Assembly (NCBI RefSeq): GCF_009914755.1
Contig: NC_060932.1
Strand: one strand, 5' to 3'
DNA from: the human T2T-CHM13v2.0 reference genome, Homo sapiens
DNA: 64,000 nt
The position numbers and the translations under genes were made by a program. This document shows positions 44,070 to 57,391 of this stretch, piece after piece. Position 1 is the first letter of the stretch. Each line of letters starts with the position of its first letter. A model generated the notes under the pieces. It ran no database searches. It worked only from the letters and a program-made list of their open reading frames with translations, and had not been told where the DNA came from.

Positions 44070-44270
44070 CTTAATATTTATCAAGTTCCAAACACTGTTA
44101 AAAGGCACATTGTGTCTGCTAGCTCAGTTCTGTCTTGCCAGTAGGGACATAGGGGTATTCCCATTGTAGGGATGAAGCTTAATGATCAGAGAAGGTAGGT
44201 AATTTGTTCAATGTCATGCAGCTATGCTGTTGTGGAACCTGGATGAGATCCAAATCTCTCTGCATCATAG
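44070..44270 (-). mobile_element. MIR
   Basis: CCCATTGTAGGGATGAAG..TCAGAGAAGGTAGGTAATTTGTTCAATGTCATGCAGCT. Confidence 0.65.
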
Positions 44271-47018
44271 TCTCAACAAGCTGCTGCTTGAAACACTACT
44301 TACTGGAGAGGAATTTGTGTGTGTCTGTGTTTTGTTTTTGTTTTGCCTAGAATAGCAAACAGTGATTAAGTAAGGGTAAAAACATCTCAGAATAATACAA
44401 TGTTTCTCTAGGTCCTTCAAAGAACATTTAATGTATAAATGTTTTATTGTATCCCATGAAAAGTAAAATAAACAATTCTCTTTCTCACTCTCTTCATAAT
44501 GTTATTGTATAATTACATATATTTGGTTAGATTTATTTCTAGATATTTAGATTTTCTGATTACTCTTGTAAGTAGTGCTCCTTGAAAAAATTATATAAAT
44601 ATATAAGACAGATATATTTATTGTAAAAATAAATATGTATAGACATATATATATAACAGCTCTTGGTTTCTGGCATATCCATGATGTTTTTAATGAGAAA
44701 TTTAAAATATCACTCTCTAATACCCTTTGCCATCTTCTAAGAATTTCTCCTGTAAAATATATTTTGAATTTGAACTCTCCTAATTAGATGTCAAAAGTTT
44801 ATTCAACGGGTATTTACTACTGAATGTTATATTAAATATTATAAGATGATTACATACATTTAAATTAGAGAACAATTTATTAACTTAGATATTTTAAGTT
44901 AAGACAATATTTAATCAAATGTTTCCCCCATGATTATAATTAACACCATCAAATGCAATAGCAGTTGACAACTGTATGCTGGAATTACAACATTAGCTAT
45001 CATTTACTATGATGCTCTTCACAATGAAACGTATAACCAGTACTAAATTATTTGACACATTGTTTTCATTATTCTATCAACGTCATATGAAATCTCAACA
45101 AAATATATATTTGAATATGCTTAAATTCCAAGGACAAGTAAAATATTGGAAGAGCAATAAAATTTGATTTTATTATACTGGGAATGGAAAATAGGTCAAT
45201 AAACATTTTTTGCTTCCTTATAAAAAATTACCAATTTATTGCTAGTTATTCTTACTGTTTCCTTTCAACATAGCCTTGCTAGGGAAAGGCAGTGAACTTA
45301 ACTGCCTGTTATTGGCTCTGGAAATACATAACTTAGTCATTGGGTTGCAGAATGATCCATGTTTTTCCCAAGGCATAACCTATATAACTTGGGAGTGAAT
45401 GTGTCAGTTTTGGAAGCTCTTTTAACTCATTTAGAAGCCTAGAAATTATGAGTGCACAGTTGCAGAATTTATTAATTGACAATTACATGCTTGAAAAATC
45501 AAGCTCAATTATTAGTTTGAAAAACATTTTGAAGCAAGTATATACCTATAATTTAGTGAAAAGTATTTCAGCACCTTTCAAATTTCTCATGTATTTTCTA
45601 TTATATATAGGCTGACATATCTATAGCTAAACTAAGTTATTAATAACATATAATATAAAATTGATTCTAACACTTCATTTGTATGCAGTTATTTCGGAGG
45701 TAGAATAGATTCGAATACCTTAAGTGTACTTTATATTGAGTTTGATTATTTTTATATGCATGGAAGACTCTTGCAGACTTAAATCTATTTTATAACATAA
45801 TGGTTTAAGGAAAATGAGAATAACACTTGATTAATTGAATGTTCAGCCTAATGATGAAGGGTATTTATAATTTTATAATATCGAGAACACTTCAAATTGT
45901 TCATGGTGACCAGAAAGCCTATTCTGTGAAATAATTTAAGTATCCAGGCAATAATATGTTGCCTCCACTTCACAATTATTCAGAGAGAAAGCAAGGAATT
46001 TGATAGAATATGTAATCTTATGAATATGTGCCCAGGTCCTACTTTCATAAAGGATTTCTAGCTTCTACAGCATCACAAAGCAGAAATCATTGAAAATTAT
46101 TTTTTACAACTTCATATGTTCAGTTGTTCTCCTACCTCTTATTTATGAGATAATTAAATCATGTATACTTAAATCATTTTCATAGTTTCAAGTGAATTTC
46201 AAAAAAATAAAATGAAACACTTGTGCTTTTGACAAGTGATTGAAAAAGACTCCAATTGCGAAACGTAATTGCATTTGCTGGTTTAACCAAAAGCTATCAT
46301 GTGTCAGACTGGGTTTTGACATGGTTCAATTATACATGTAAATGAGATATTATAAATGCAACTATTAATATTTGATATTCACATTGCAACAGATGAAACT
46401 GGCTTTTGTAAATAAAATAAAAATGTTTTTTTGTGTGTTGGATTCACCCAGAAAACATGGAATCCAATGCATCCTTTATCTTTCAGTCTCCTTCTCTACA
46501 TTTCCCATGTTTCAGACATCTTCACCATCCCATTATTTACTGTGGAGGCCTTTTACAAGTAAATATACAACCATGTTGGTTATTAGAATTTAATAACTAC
46601 TGTTTTTACATATTCATATCCTCTTCACAATCTATTGATTACGGACAAACACTATTCCCTTCCTTCTTCAAGGCTTGGTTAGCCTGCTATGATTTAATGT
46701 ACTCTTAGAAGTCAAAATCTTCTGATTTCAAGATTATTTTCTGTGCTATACGTTTCACCAATCTATATTGGCACTGAAAGACAAGTATATGATTCATCCT
46801 CAAAGTGTCTCAACTTAAAGGTCTACTTTGATTGGAAGAAGGGCCAAGGTATTAACCAAAAACAAAAAACAGCAATTTAAATGAATTCATTAGTATAACA
46901 ATATGTTATTATATTAAACATTAATTGAGGAAGAATTGAATCTGATAAGAAATAAAATAAAAAGCTAAGAGCAAAACATTATTAGTGGAGAAATAGATCT
47001 TTCCTCTCTCTCCTCACT

Positions 47019-47022
<4 letters not shown>

Positions 47023-47051
<29 letters not shown>
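47023..47051. repeat. (GT)n microsatellite
   Basis: About 14 GT units. Confidence 0.95.
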
Positions 47052-47053
<2 letters not shown>

Positions 47054-48564
47054 ATGTAACTACTTGATCTGCTTTCATAGTCTATTAAAACATAATTTAC
47101 ATAAAATTGTCATTGACATCATCTCCCCAATATTTACAACATATAAAACTTCAATTATTACTTATTTTTTTCAACCATCATTGTTTAGAAGGAATCAAAG
47201 GAATTGTTAGAGGAGGAAATACACAGATTCTATAGTCTACGAAAGAAACTCCAAGTTTCACCTTTTCTTTCACAGTTGTTGTGATAATTTGCCCTACCAG
47301 TTTTCCAAACGATATTAAACTGAGAGAAATTGCTTTCGATGAATGAGATATCACCTTAATTTCCCTAGGTTACACTGTGTGTTTTTTTAAGCCAAGCCAC
47401 CTGAACTTCACATTTCCCCAACATAATATCTGATCAGCCGCTATGTTATTCTTATGCTTCTCAGAAGAATGTAACTTCATGCAAGAAATCTCTTGTCAAA
47501 TCTTTTCTTTGAAAATAAAAATGAGTCTAGGTTTTCAAAACTATGTTTCCATTTTTTCCCATTTATTAAAACCAAGTAAATTAGAAAGATGTTTTAAGGG
47601 GGAAGAAAATATTATCTTGCTGCCAAAGAAGTCATGATAAATGGCTTTCAAGTGATTAAATAACTTACCCTCTGAAACTTGAGGAAGGAAGTTATAAACA
47701 GATATGAATACATATCCTATGTGTACTCATACCATATATAGTGGCGGAGGGAGTGTGAGTAAGACATTACTTCACAATATTAGTGTGTGGATTAAGGAGT
47801 AGATAAGCACATTTTTTGAAAATGAAGAAGGCAATGGAACTTGATGAGACTGTGCATAATATTGATATTTCAATGAATATTATTAATATAATCCACTTAA
47901 AATTTCAAAGAATAGTAAACTTACATCTAATTCTGATATATTAACATATTTATAAAGTTTTAAATATTTTACCATAAAAAGTAAAATCATAGAAATGTAA
48001 TACTACATATAAGGGTGTATATATATATGGATACAATGTATATATTATGTATACACACACATACATATAATGGCCCCCCAATGTAGAAATAATGATGGAA
48101 AAATAAATTCCACAATACAAAAATTTAAAACACTATATAGTTTCAAACTTTTTAAACACTATAAAGGCACCTGATATACTATACAAAACATTCTACAAAT
48201 GAATGTAGAAAAGTGTCTGGAAATTTATGAACCAAATTATTAAAAGTGATTACTCCAAGTGGAGGCATTATAAATAAACTTTCTCTATTTTAAAAAATAA
48301 TTTAAAAATAAAGTTACATTTACATAAATCTAATTACATTATTAATGTATTTAATTAAATACATAAATAGTACTCATAAACCTGGATATGAAGGTGAACA
48401 GACAAGCAATTTGTTACGTGTATCTTGCCTTCAAGAATTTGATAAACAGAGGTGCAAACAAGGCTGATCTTTAAGCATTTCCCTAAGTGTATAGGTCTAG
48501 AAAACAATCTGAAAGTCCCTTTTGCTAAAGTTTTATTCATATTAATGAAAGTGTGATTAAAACA

Positions 48565-48904
48565 TAATTATGCATTATTTAACAATGGGGACACATTCTG
48601 AGAAATGTGTTGTTAGGCAATGTCATTGTGTGACCATCCTAGAGTGTATTCACACAAACCTAGATGAGATAGCCTACTACACATCTAGGTCATATGGCAT
48701 AGCCTAGTGCTCCTAGGCTGCAAGTCTGAAGAGCATGTTACCGTCCTGATAAGGTGGGCAATTGTAACACAATGGTGTTTGTGTATCTAAACACATTTAA
48801 ACATAGAAAAGGTACAGTAAAAATATGATATGATAATTTTATGGGGCCACCAACATATAAGGAGTTCGTCATTGACCAAAAAGTCATTATACAATGCATG
48901 ACTA
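48565..48904 (+). mobile_element. Tigger3a/MER7-type DNA transposon
   Basis: TTAACAATGGGGACACATTCTGAGAAATGTGTTGTTAGGCAA..ACACAAACCTAGATG ... CGTCATTGACCAAAAAGTCATTATACAATGCATGACT. Confidence 0.85.
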
Positions 48905-49387
48905 TAAAAATTAAAGAGCATTACAGTTTCTCTCAGATTTTGAGTCCGAATGTAGATCTAAGGTTATTAATATGCACAGAAATGTTCATTTATAACGTTG
49001 CTCATGCTCTTTGCACAAAAAAAAAGCCACCAATAGTTTTTTTTATGAAGAGTGAGCCTTGGTTAAAAATAAAAGCTCTTTTCATAAGGAGAAAAAGTCA
49101 ACCAACCTAGAAGTATTTTTGCATCAAATTTTTCTTTTCAAAATCAAAAGAGAAAATTATCATTTCATCCTACTAAATAAAGATCATGTATAGAATATGA
49201 TGAAATATTTTCCAGTTGTGTTTGAGAACATACACATATTTGAAAACTTATGTTTTAAACAAGAATAGGTGCTGAATAGACTTTCATTTAGTTTTGTTCA
49301 CTTAAAATATGTTTTCAACTCAATACATTCTTTTTTATTATTTTCATTTTATGAATTAATGAAATAGCCCATCAAAATTTATTTAGT

Positions 49388-49405
49388 CCACTGCCATCTG
49401 TTGGA
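49388..49405 (-). promoter_or_regulatory. Candidate CTCF motif
   Basis: Minus strand CCAACAGATGGCAGT versus consensus CCASYAGRKGGCRS (one mismatch); motif match only. Confidence 0.3.
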
Positions 49406-51179
49406 CTTTTGCCTCCCACCGATTCCTATTTAACGTTACCATTAAAATAAAAATCTTTGCACACAGTTTCACAGGAAAAATTCCAAAAAGTGGAATTATT
49501 GGCTAAAGGAGAACATAATATTAAGAGTTTTCACACTAGCAACTTTTAGCACTTTTTAAAAAGCAGAAATGAGCACATATCATTGTGGATTGGAATAGAT
49601 TGTTTATATTTAGATCAAAAACAAGATCCTCTCAGCTTGTTTCTACTCAGAAAATTACAAGATTGAGAAGCTGAATAATGATCAGTGTTATAAAGGACAA
49701 GAAGGTGATCATTTGATGAATGCAAGCAAAGAAGCAATTCTAGTCATGGAAGTAAATTGTAGAGCCACATCACAACAGAACAAATTTAATGGAAAAACAC
49801 AGAAGAAACTATTGTATGTGATGAAGGAGAAAATAGTTATGCAAAGTTATTTGTGACTGATATGAGTGACAGAAAATCTCCAGAAAGATGAAAAATGATC
49901 AAGGTGAATAAAGTTCAACAGAAAGAAAATTAACCTGGAATTAAAAATTAGTTTTTTAAAATTCTAGACCTATAATTATTTATTATTATATCAAACTTTT
50001 AATTATTGTCAGTTTTTGGCCATGCAGAACTGCTTTAGATACAGGTTGCATTTTCATAATTTTACTGGGACTTTATTTATGGGACTAAGACAAAAATGAA
50101 TCATTGATTACCACGAAGTTTTCCATTTGCAAAATTTTGTATTTTTCTTGAAAATTTGAAGCCACTGTAAGTCCTGATTATAAAAGAGAACTCTTTTTTT
50201 GGGAACTTTTACTTAGTTTTGAGTCCAAATACGTGCTCCTGGAAAAAGAAGGCTTGAATTATCTTCCTTTTAGTCACAAACCCTTTATCTAATATGTTGC
50301 TGTTGTCCAGGACTCATTAATTCTATTGTTCCCTTTGTTGTTAGTGCTCATTTCTTTGCTCATTTGAAATTAGAACAGGTTAGAAAGGTTGAAACCTTTT
50401 TTTTGAAATGTGTATCCTGAAAATGAACAGCGTATAAGATAAAGCTGAAAGCCTGAGCATTTGATGTATTACATCTCAGTAGTATCTGACAACCCTTACT
50501 CCCTGGCGATGCGATTTTTTTCTAATAATTTAGTCTCAGTCTATTAAAAGACGATTACAGATAATGCACACAGGCAAGTGGTGAAGGATGCCCAGAACAG
50601 CTTTTGTAGAGAGGTTATCAAAACACCATTCACCAAAAGGATTTTTGCATTGATTTTTAAAAAAATTATTTCAAAAACAGACAGAACTTTAAAAGACTAA
50701 ATATAACAGAAAGGATTTCCGCTCTGTTACTTTGTATAACACATTTTTTAAAAGCCATAAGGTAAAAGTTTAAGTAGCAATTATTTCCCTTGTTCATTGC
50801 AACCAAATTCTTATTTTTTATTACTTTTTTTTTAAATGAATATATTTGAAAACACTGATGTAATTTTATAGTTGTCCTGCTGGTCCTTCACTTTGGATAA
50901 TCTTATGAATAAGATATGATGCAATGTAAAAGTAAGGGGCACGATCCTAACAATTGCCATCACTGACTGTTTAGACTGTTTTGTCATGACATTCTAAGAC
51001 AAAATAAAGTCTCTTGAGAAATTGAGTATATTCAGTTGAACTTACTGTTTTATTCACTCATTACGCTCAACTTAGCCCATTGGAAGATTTCAAATACAGT
51101 AACCATCACACCAAATGACAGTGATTGTGTATATCATAGGAGAGTTCCTGAAATCCATGTTGATATCTTATTTAATACA

Positions 51180-52035
51180 GGAACAGGAGTAGGCATGCTG
51201 AAAATCAAGAAAATTGGAGATGAGGACTTTGCATTCATCAGTAAATGCAAAGACCCCAAGGTTCGCACCATTCTCCTCCAGGGGAATGGCAAAGAGACTC
51301 TCTCTAAAATGGACCACAACATCCAGGATGCTGTGCAAGTTTATTGCAACTTTCTTTTTGACCCGCATTTGGTGCCAGGGGATGGGGCCTCTGAGATGGC
51401 TGTGATCCATGTCTTGACAGAAAAATCCAAGGTCATGACTGGTATGAACAATGGCCATACAGGGCTGTTACCCGGGTTGTAGAGGTCATCTCTCTTACCC
51501 TAATCCAGAACCGTGGGGCCATTAACATCCATCTGCTTATTATTATAATACCTCCCTTCAGACCAAGCACACCTAGAAGAACCATGAGACCTGGGGTGTA
51601 AGTGGTGAGACAAGTATTTTGGTGGAGATGAAGGAACTGGGCATATAGGAGCCATTGGCTGTGAAGCTGCAGACATCAAGGGCAGCAATGGAGACTGTAG
51701 TTCTGCTCTTATGGATTGATGTCATTACTACAGGCCACAAAAGGAAGGGCAAGGAGCAGGGCCAGCAAGGCAAGACTACTGGTGCTAGCAAAGAGTGAGT
51801 GGTGGGCAAGTTGATTTCAACATACAGAACCAGCAGAGTCTCCCCCTTTCCTGAGCCAAAGTACCAGGGACACTGTACATGTCTTTGCAAGGGATTAGAC
51901 TGAGAGGTAGCACCCAGTCCCTTCCTGTCCAAACTCAGGTTTCAAAAGACACTGACATGTAATACTTCTCTATTGTAAAATTTCCATTTAATTTGCTTCT
52001 GATGATTAAATCTAACTCATTTGGGGGAAAAAAGA
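51180..52035 (+). pseudogene. CCT3: Processed, 5'-truncated pseudogene of CCT3 (T-complex protein 1 subunit gamma); symbol refers to the parent gene
   Basis: Translation GTGVGMLKIKKIGDEDFAFISKCKDPKVRTILL...QDAVQVYCNFLFDPHLVPGDGASEMAVIHVLTEKSKVMTG matches the CCT3 C-terminal part (GTGAGLLEIKKIGDEYFTFITDCKDPKACTILLRG...QDAMQVCRNVLLDPQLVPGGGASEMAVAHALTEKSKAMTG); continues without introns, with frameshifts, to ...SKE-TGA (51796-51798), then a CCT3-like 3'UTR with ATTAAA (52005-52010) and a short A-rich remnant. Confidence 0.93.
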
Positions 52036-52536
52036 GGTATAGGTGCTTGATTTCCATGCTTACTGGGAAATTACATAATATGGAATAACCGCATTTAACA
52101 TGCCCTGATCTATGTGACAATAGGGTCTATTCATTATTACCTCATTTCCCTTGGCTGCCCAGAAAGTACCACCTGAATCATTGGGGATTTTTTAAAAGGT
52201 GAATTTTTTTTTTCTAGAATGAGTTTAAAAATACCAGAGGCCTCTCTTCTTGATTTACTATAGATGGAATTGGGATTATATCTCTATTAGAAACAAACTT
52301 CTTGGAATAGTTAGAGTACATAATTTTTAAGGGCAATAAACAGAACATATAATGTCATTGCAGGAGAACTCCAAAAGAATCAGACAGTGTGGTCCTCTGC
52401 CAGCCATTAAATCTCTCTAAACACCCATTTTTCTCCTTTTTAAAATGAAGAGGTCAGAGAAGGTCTTTAAGGAACACCTTCTGCACTTCTAACAAACAAG
52501 AGAGACATCAAACAACCATACTGTCTGTAAGGATAG

Positions 52537-52907
52537 TGTTCTAGCCCATTCATGCTGCTATAAGAAAGTATCTGAGACTGGGTAATTTAAAAACAGCAAA
52601 AATTTATTGCTCATGTTTCTGAAGGTTGGAAAGTTCAAGATCAAGATGGCAGTGGGTTTGGTGTCTGGTGAGGGTACAGTCTCCGCTTCCAAGAAGGTGT
52701 CTTCAACTCTGTGTTCCAGATGGCAGAAGGGCAGAAGAGTGATGAAAAGCTGTTTTGATGTCTAAGGTCACTAATGTCATTCATGTGGGCTCTGATCTTA
52801 TGACTTAATTATCTCTTAAAGGCTTCACCTCTGAATATTATCATATTGCTGATTAAGTTTCAACATGAATTTTTGGGGAACAGATTCAGACTTCTGCTGA
52901 AGTAGCA
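52537..52907 (-). mobile_element. MSTB-type MaLR solo LTR
   Basis: TGTTCTAGCCCATTCATGCTGCTATAAGAAAGTATCTGAGACTGGGTAATT...; TSD GATAG/GACAG. Confidence 0.85.
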
Positions 52908-53239
52908 GACAGCAATAAGAAGAACAAAAGGTAGAAGGTACAACAGTGTAATAGAAGTATATTTGACCATATCATCAACCAGCTCTGTTTCTTTGGATTT
53001 AAATTTTGCAGAAGGGAAAACCTTTTTATTTTGCTAGGTATTTCTGATGCATGTGTTATTTTTATTTCATGTGGTTTCTATATATCATAAAACTAAATGT
53101 TTTAAACCAAATCTGAAAGCTTAAAATGTTATAATTTAATCTTAGTATATGATTTTCGATGATTTTATGAGATTTGATATAATTGGATATAATAATATAT
53201 GAGACTGATGATACAATTTGACTTAATTTTTCCTTTTTG

Positions 53240-53900
53240 CAGTCCTGTTCTAATCATTTTTCTTTGATTGATTTTTCTTTTTTTCTGATTTTTTGCCCTC
53301 TAATATTTTGATAATATCTCTATTTTCCCTCATGCTATAATGCTGGTTTCACAGAAGATGAGATTATATACTTTTTGAATATTTTCCTTCCCAGGCCTGA
53401 AGACATGAAGACATTGATTGACCTTGGTGATTTTCATTTTTACCATTGAGGACTGTAGCTGTTTTTTTCTTATTCTTGTTCTTCTTTTGGTAGGGAGCCC
53501 ATTTGTTTCTGTTATTTTACTATCTGAAAGTTTTTAGGCTCTTCTTTTCTTTAGAAATTCTTGAGTTTCACTGTAATTTGTCTGCGTTAGCCCTTTTCTA
53601 TCCATCTGTCTCAGCTCTCAGTATACCCTCTCAACCTGGAGACCATTTCTTCCTCTCAGGTTTCTATCCACACTTTCTTTCTTATGCTCTTATTGTTTTT
53701 AAAAATTTGGTTCTATGTTTTAGATAAGTCTCTTAGCTAAATATTTCAGTTCAGAAGTCCTCGTTTAGTAATTTGACCAAAGTATTCTGTTTAACTTTTT
53801 AAATTAATGAATGTGAGTAGATCTGATGGTTTGATCTTATCTACATGTACTACTAACTCATTTTCTTCTGGTGCTAATTATTGTTGAGTTTGGTGCTCTT
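53240..53900 (-). mobile_element. Degraded old LINE (L1M/HAL1-like) segment
   Basis: T-rich antisense LINE-like sequence (TTTCTTTAGAAATTCTTGAGTTTCAC..CTCAACCTGGAGAC); boundaries approximate. Confidence 0.45.
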
Positions 53901-53902
53901 GT

Positions 53903-54994
53903 CAGAATGCTAGAAATATCTCAAACTGACACCCTAACATCACAATTAAAAGAGCTAGAGAAGCAAGAGCAAACCCATCCAAAAGCTTGCCGAAGACAGA
54001 AAATAACTAAGATCGGGGCAGAATTGAAGGAGATAGAGACATGAAAAAAACCTCCAAAAAATCAACGAATCTAGGAGCTGTTTCTTTGAAAAGATTAACA
54101 AAATAGACTGCTAGCTAGACTAATAAAGAAGAAAGGAGAGAAGAATAGACACAATAAAAAATGATAAAGGGGACATCACCACTGACCCCACAGAAATACA
54201 AACTACCATCAGAAAATACTATAAACTCTTCTACAAAAATAAACTAGAAAATCTAGAAGAAATGGATAAATTCCTGGATATATGCACCCTCCCAAGACTA
54301 AACCATGAAGAAGTTGAATCCCTGAATAGACCAATAACAAACAAGTTCTGAAATTGGGGCAATAATTAATAGCTTACCAACCAAAAAAGAAAAAAGCCCA
54401 GGACAAGAAGGATTCACAGCTGAATTCTACCAGAGGTACAAAGAGGAGTTGGTACCATTCCTTCTGAAACTATCCCAAGCAAATGAAAAGGAGGGTCTCC
54501 TCCCTAACTTATTTTATGAAGCAGCATCATCCTGATACCAAAACCTGGCAGAGACACAACAAAAAAGGACAACTTCAGGCCAATATCCCTGATGAACATC
54601 GATGTGAAAATCTTCAATAAAATACTGGCAAACCAAATCCAGCAGCACATCCAAAAATGTATCCACCACGATCAAGTCAGCGTCATCCCTGGGATGCAAG
54701 GCTGGTTCAACATAAGCAAATCAATAAACGTAATCCATCACATAAACAGAACCAAAGACAAAAACCACATGATTTTCTCAACAGATGTAGAAAAGGCCTT
54801 TGATAAAATTCAACATTTCTACATGTTAAAACTCTCAATAAACTACATATTGATGGAACATAACTCAAAATAATAAGGGCTATTTATGACAAACCCACAG
54901 CCAATATCACATTGAATGGGCAAAAGCTGTAAGCATTCCCTTTGAAAACCGGTGAAAGACAAGGATGCCCTCTCTCACCACTCCTATTTAGCAT
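53903..54994 (+). mobile_element. Primate L1 (older L1PA) internal ORF2 fragment, disrupted
   Basis: GACACCCTAACATCACAATTAAAAGA ... CCACTCCTATT; ORF 54592-54873 gives the L1 RT motif [63 protein letters not shown]; stops and indels present. Confidence 0.95.
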
Positions 54995-55889
54995 TTCTTT
55001 TGATTAAATATTTATTGAGCTTCTATTCACACATGGGAAACTTCATGTTCTTGATTGAGAATGAAACTTCTATTCTCAGAAGGGACGCAGAATGTGCTAC
55101 TGAACCAAGTGTAACAGTCCTTTAACTTTCCTCCATGTAGAATTTATTTATCCCTTTCCTTCAGGCAATCTCCATCTAGAGTACAAGACATAAAACACTG
55201 TGTACCACTCTCGCTTCAGGGTCTAAAGAGAGTGAATTAACCCCAGGGACAGTCATCATCAATGCCAATTACCTCATCCAAGCCGAAGCCAGGAAATAAG
55301 GACATGCCCAGTTGCTCTCCGGCCCCTTAAGAGATCACTGAAAGACGCTCTCCTGTTTTGCCCCTACTGACTCCATACTTGGCACACCTCCAGAATTGTT
55401 CCACTTCCACCCTAGACGGGTTATATATTTTGCATGGTGTTTTCACCCCACCAATTAGAGTTGTCTTTCCTTTTTTCAAGAATTCAAAATTTATGATCCG
55501 TTCATGGGATTCTTTTGCTCTTTAGCCTTGTAAATTTAGAAATATTCCATGAAAATATATTTGCTATTATTTGAAAGACTTTATGAGCAGAAAAGAGGCA
55601 GTTCCAAATTCTGTCCTCTGGGACAGAACTGGGATGTGCATTAACTTTCTCACTCAATTTTGATCCACCACAGTATAGTTTCTTCTACGTCTTTCCACAT
55701 TGTCCCCAAATGGCTGCCTCACTCATCATCAATGGTCATCACCAAGCTCCACACCCTATGAGCCTTGGTGTGTTTGTGTGGGATGAAAATGAAGTTTACA
55801 TTTGAAATAATGACAGAGCAAAAGGGATTTCAGAAAGTAGCAATATCTTCTAGTTTGTTGCATCAATAACAATTGCTTTGGATTTTTTT

Positions 55890-56445
55890 TTCTTTACTAC
55901 ATTTTATTTATAATGTTGGATAAGTATAAAACACTACATATAACATACATGTGAATCATTAAACATGATAATATAATGTATACCCATAAAACCAATATGT
56001 AGCCCAAGGAGTAAAACTTTAACAGTACCCTAGATTGGTATGCTTTTTCCCACTTCCAATTTTGTTTATAAATTTGTCGTATCTACTTTTAAACTTATTC
56101 ACTTATGTATGTAACTCTAAACATCAAATATTTAACCTATGCTTATTTTTGAGCTTTAAAATGTATTATACTGCAATTTGTCTTCTGCATCTGGCTTTTA
56201 TCACATTATGCCACGTGTCTAAGATTTATTCATGATACTACATACAGTTCATATTTGCTTATGTTCCATATTCTATTTCATAAATATGCAACTGTTAATT
56301 TTCCTGTATAAAGGGTACTCAGTTATTATTGGGTATCTATCTTAATGCCCTGTACTACTTTGAGCATTCTTATATACATGCCCTGGTGCATATAAGCAAC
56401 AGATTCTCAAGGATATATCATAAGAGAGGAATTGTTAGATGTTGG
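55890..56445 (-). mobile_element. L1ME-type 3' end
   Basis: TTTTGAGCTTTAAAATG..TTCTGCATCTGGCTTTT..CTAAGATTTATTCATG..GAGCATTCTTATATACATG. Confidence 0.6.
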
Positions 56446-56464
56446 AGTACATTAACTGTAACAG

Positions 56465-57385
56465 GGTATATCAGTATAAGAGATAAGAGAACACAAAAGT
56501 TCAAAGATTAAAGAGGTGTTTTTTTCTTAAGGATTATTGAGAGCACATATTTAGTGGGCAAATGGATCTGATTCATGTGGTGATTCAAGAATCCAGCCTT
56601 CTTCTGTTGTGTGGCTCTTCCAACTACTAATGTCTTACTGTGATCTACATGCATTTTCAGAAGGAGAAAGTCTGTGTAGAGATACGCTTTTGCTTCAAAA
56701 GCCACAACCAGATTAGCACACATCACTTATAGTCACATTACCTTGTCTAGGTGCAAATACATTGTCAAAATTAAGCATTAAGCTCAAGGGAGGCTTGGAA
56801 AGGCAGTCTATCTGCATGTTCATGAAAAAGAGGATGGATTTTGTGGTCAGCCATCAGTGTTTGCCACCCTCTGCCCCTGGCCATCAAATGACTGTCTGCA
56901 TTTTTCCCAATTTTGGAGTATACTCCCTTCCTCTGTGAAGAAGCTGATGTCTAATACAGACATTGTATTCAGCTCAAATTTACAACCTCTGGGTGGGGTT
57001 CAGCCTTCTACATCAGGTCTGCAAGTGAATCTCTACGGTCCAGAAACCTAATGAATGAAATATCAGATTCTACCAATGTAAATGGTGACAAAGAACAAGA
57101 TAGCAATGACAGCAACAAAGTATTTCGATTAGTAAAGGGAAAATAGGAATTACTCAGTAGAAATTGAAGCATAACAATAATGCAATACTGTTGGACAGGA
57201 ATGGGAAGACATTCTTCCCTGTTAATGGAGAAAATACTTTGAACAGTGGAAATATATAATCTCTTGCTTTTTTTGGCTTTGACTTTGCCTTCTGAAATGT
57301 TCTTCCTTGGTCATAATCCTCTATCACCACTGTGAACATAGGAAAGTATGCCCTTCTTGGAGAATGAGAATCTTTTGCAGCCTAA
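56465..57385 (-). mobile_element. Old MLT1 (J/K-like) MaLR LTR to about 56867 plus adjoining MaLR internal-like sequence
   Basis: CAAGAATCCAGCCTTCTTCTG; CACATCACTTATAGTCACATT; GGGAGGCTTGGAAAGGCAGTCT ... GTGTTTGCCAC, then CCTCTGCCCCTGGCCATCAAA. Confidence 0.55.
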
Positions 57386-57391
57386 TGTATG

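Noticed and set aside
51036-51482. 148-aa ORF as a functional chaperonin gene
   Set aside because: Covers only part of CCT3, starts at TTG in non-homologous sequence, and has frameshifts and many substitutions; called a pseudogene.
54592-54873. Reverse-transcriptase-like ORF
   Set aside because: Fragment of a disrupted L1 ORF2; not an intact CDS or a novel RT system.
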